Part shown: positions 38,728 through 40,188 of the stretch, in pieces
Numbering within the stretch: the stretch's first letter is position 1
How the letters are laid out: every line of letters begins with the position of its first letter
NCBI RefSeq assembly: GCF_001194135.2
Contig: NC_068993.1
Span: forward strand, 31,558,024-31,598,211
Direction: 5' to 3'
DNA from: Octopus bimaculoides
Taxonomy: Eukaryota
Length of the DNA: 40,188 nt
Made by a program: the position numbers and the translations under genes
The notes under the pieces: model-generated
Seen by the model: the letters and a program-made list of their open reading frames with translations, nothing else
What the model was told of the DNA's origin: nothing
The model's database searches: none

Positions 38728-38778
38728 CTGTATCTTCACCCCTTCTGTATCTTCACCCCTTCTGTATCTTCACCCCTT
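38728..38778. repeat. Perfect 17-bp triplication (ctgtatcttcacccctt)x3
   Basis: Units at 38728, 38745 and 38762; single copy in the left arm (37996-38012, reverse complement). Confidence 0.95.
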
Positions 38779-39001
38779 CTCCGACTAAAACCTATAGGTG
38801 TATCCCACTATATTTTTTTGTTTTGTTTTTTAATTATTTATCCATCCTATAGCCCTGTACAAAGGATTAATCCACCAATTGCTATTTTGGTGTAGTAGTT
38901 TAATTAACGGCCCTCAGAGATTCTCAAGCAACATAGTATGATTACAACCATATTCAACTCTTCAGTTTTTCTTCCCTATTCTCTTCTTCTGTATGCATTC
39001 T

Positions 39002-39117
39002 TCACCCTGATGACGCTCCATGTTTCAGATCGGTTTTATTACCAAATATGATAAATATTTTTTCATATCAATGGCAACACCATACAACATTGGAATCAGA
39101 AATAGCTGTTAGATGGG
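39002..39117 (+). ncRNA. Candidate type I hammerhead ribozyme with extended stem II (right-arm copy; stem I decayed)
   Basis: CTGATGA (39007-39013), cgctccatg..cattggaatca (85 nt), GAAA (39099-39102), tagctg-TT-agatggg. Confidence 0.4.
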
Positions 39118-39300
39118 ATGCAGTCTATTTGCGTTGAATTAATAAATAATAATTGATATAAGTCAAATGTTCATCAATATTTCTCCATTTTCTGTTTTCT
39201 TTATATATATACAAGTCAATAAGAGGTTAAAGTAGCTTCATTAAAGCAACTTTTATGTGTGAAATGTACAACTGAAATGTTTCCGATATGTACACAGCTT

Positions 39301-39508
39301 AAGGCGGCGACCTGGCAGAATTGTTAGCACGCTGGTCGAAATGATTAGTGGTATTTCAGCCGTCGCTACCTTATAAGTTCAAATTCCACCGAGGTCGACT
39401 TTGCCTTTCATCCTTTTGGAGTCGATAAATCAAGTACCAGTGAAACACTGAGAGCGATGTAGTCGACCACAAATTCGAGGCCTTGTGCCTATAGTAGAAA
39501 AGATATTA
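39301..39508 (+). mobile_element. Family B tRNA-related SINE (Meta-domain-like)
   Basis: aaggcggcgacctggcagaattgttagc..agttcaaattcc..gaggtcgactttgcctttcatccttttggagtcgataaatcaagtaccag; the central block resembles the MetaSINE domain (C..TCATCCTT..GGTCG.TAAA..AGTACCA); homologues at 28214 and 25905. Confidence 0.8.
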
Positions 39509-39517
39509 ATACAACTT

Positions 39518-39710
39518 AAGGCAGTGATCGGGCACTGCTCCAAAAAAATTCTTAACACCATTTCTTCCGTCTTTGTGTGTTGATTTCGAATACCAGCAAG
39601 GTCAACTTTGCCTTTTATCCTTCTGGAGTCGATACAATAATACTAGTTGAGAACTGGTGTCTGCACATTCGGAAATTGCTAGCGGTGTGCCAAATTCTGA
39701 AACTAATATT
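39518..39710 (+). mobile_element. Second, more degenerate family B SINE in tandem
   Basis: aaggcagtgatcgggca..ggtcaactttgccttttatccttctggagtcgatacaataatactagttg; starts directly after the tail of the previous copy. Confidence 0.65.
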
Positions 39711-39998
39711 AAAACAGCGTCGTGGAGTAATTGCACTTTGATGACTAGTTTTCAGCACAGGATAGTTTCCCTTACACCATAGCATTCAAGCCAGCGATGT
39801 TTCTTAACTGTCCCATATTCAACAATCGGACCAAACTTGACCAATGAAACTGAGTCAACCTAATCCATTGTAGATGCAACATCATAAATTTTACGAATAG
39901 TACTCGCAAAAGGATTATATGTTCACACCATGTGCATCAAACTTGCAATTAAGATAACCATCCAGTAATTCCTGAAATAATCCACCCCTCTAAAATGT

Positions 39999-40040
<42 letters not shown>

Positions 40041-40110
40041 TATCTGTCTGTGTGTGTGTCTATCTGTCTGTGACTATCTGTCTGTGTTTGTGTCTGTGTC
40101 TGTGTGAGTG
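39999..40110. repeat. (TG)n / (TCTG, TATC) compound microsatellite
   Basis: Direct reading. Confidence 0.9.
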
Positions 40111-40188
40111 TACGCGTTGCATGTTTGCGTGATTACGTGTTCATTATAGAATGCACTATCGTAAAGAGTACTGTTTATGGGGAAAATT

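Larger units (their letters stand above)
38563..39201 (+). repeat. Right arm of the ~600-bp inverted repeat
   Basis: As for the left arm; separated from it by a 385-bp spacer (38178-38562). Confidence 0.9.

Noticed and set aside
38728-38778. CRISPR-like arrays (also 35802-35847)
   Set aside because: The units are directly adjacent with no spacers, there are no cas genes, and the context is eukaryotic.

Overview
AT-rich, microsatellite-dense eukaryotic DNA with about ten N gaps, most abutting (TA)n/(CA)n tracts as in short-read assemblies. The repeat complement looks like an octopus/cephalopod genome (inference from the SINE and LINE types). I find no supportable host protein-coding exon; the window is intergenic or intronic and built from decayed transposons. 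These are two R4/Dong-type RLE LINEs (9.8-11.5 kb; 28.4-31.9 kb), two Penelope-like GIY-YIG fragments (3.4-4.0 kb; 17.8-18.25 kb), a DD37D (maT) Tc1/mariner remnant, two copies of a rearranged mariner derivative, and several tRNA-derived SINEs of at least two families. The most notable structures are: (i) a ~600-bp inverted repeat at 37.6-39.2 kb in which each arm carries a split hammerhead-ribozyme core with an 85-nt stem II region; (ii) a composite insertion inside a SINE that was apparently templated from two nearby donor segments; (iii) a Dong-type LINE lying in a (TAA)n tract shared by two tail-to-tail retroposons; and (iv) repeated fold-back/quasi-palindromic junctions. No intact novel protein system is supported. 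All family names come from motifs read by eye, not from database searches.
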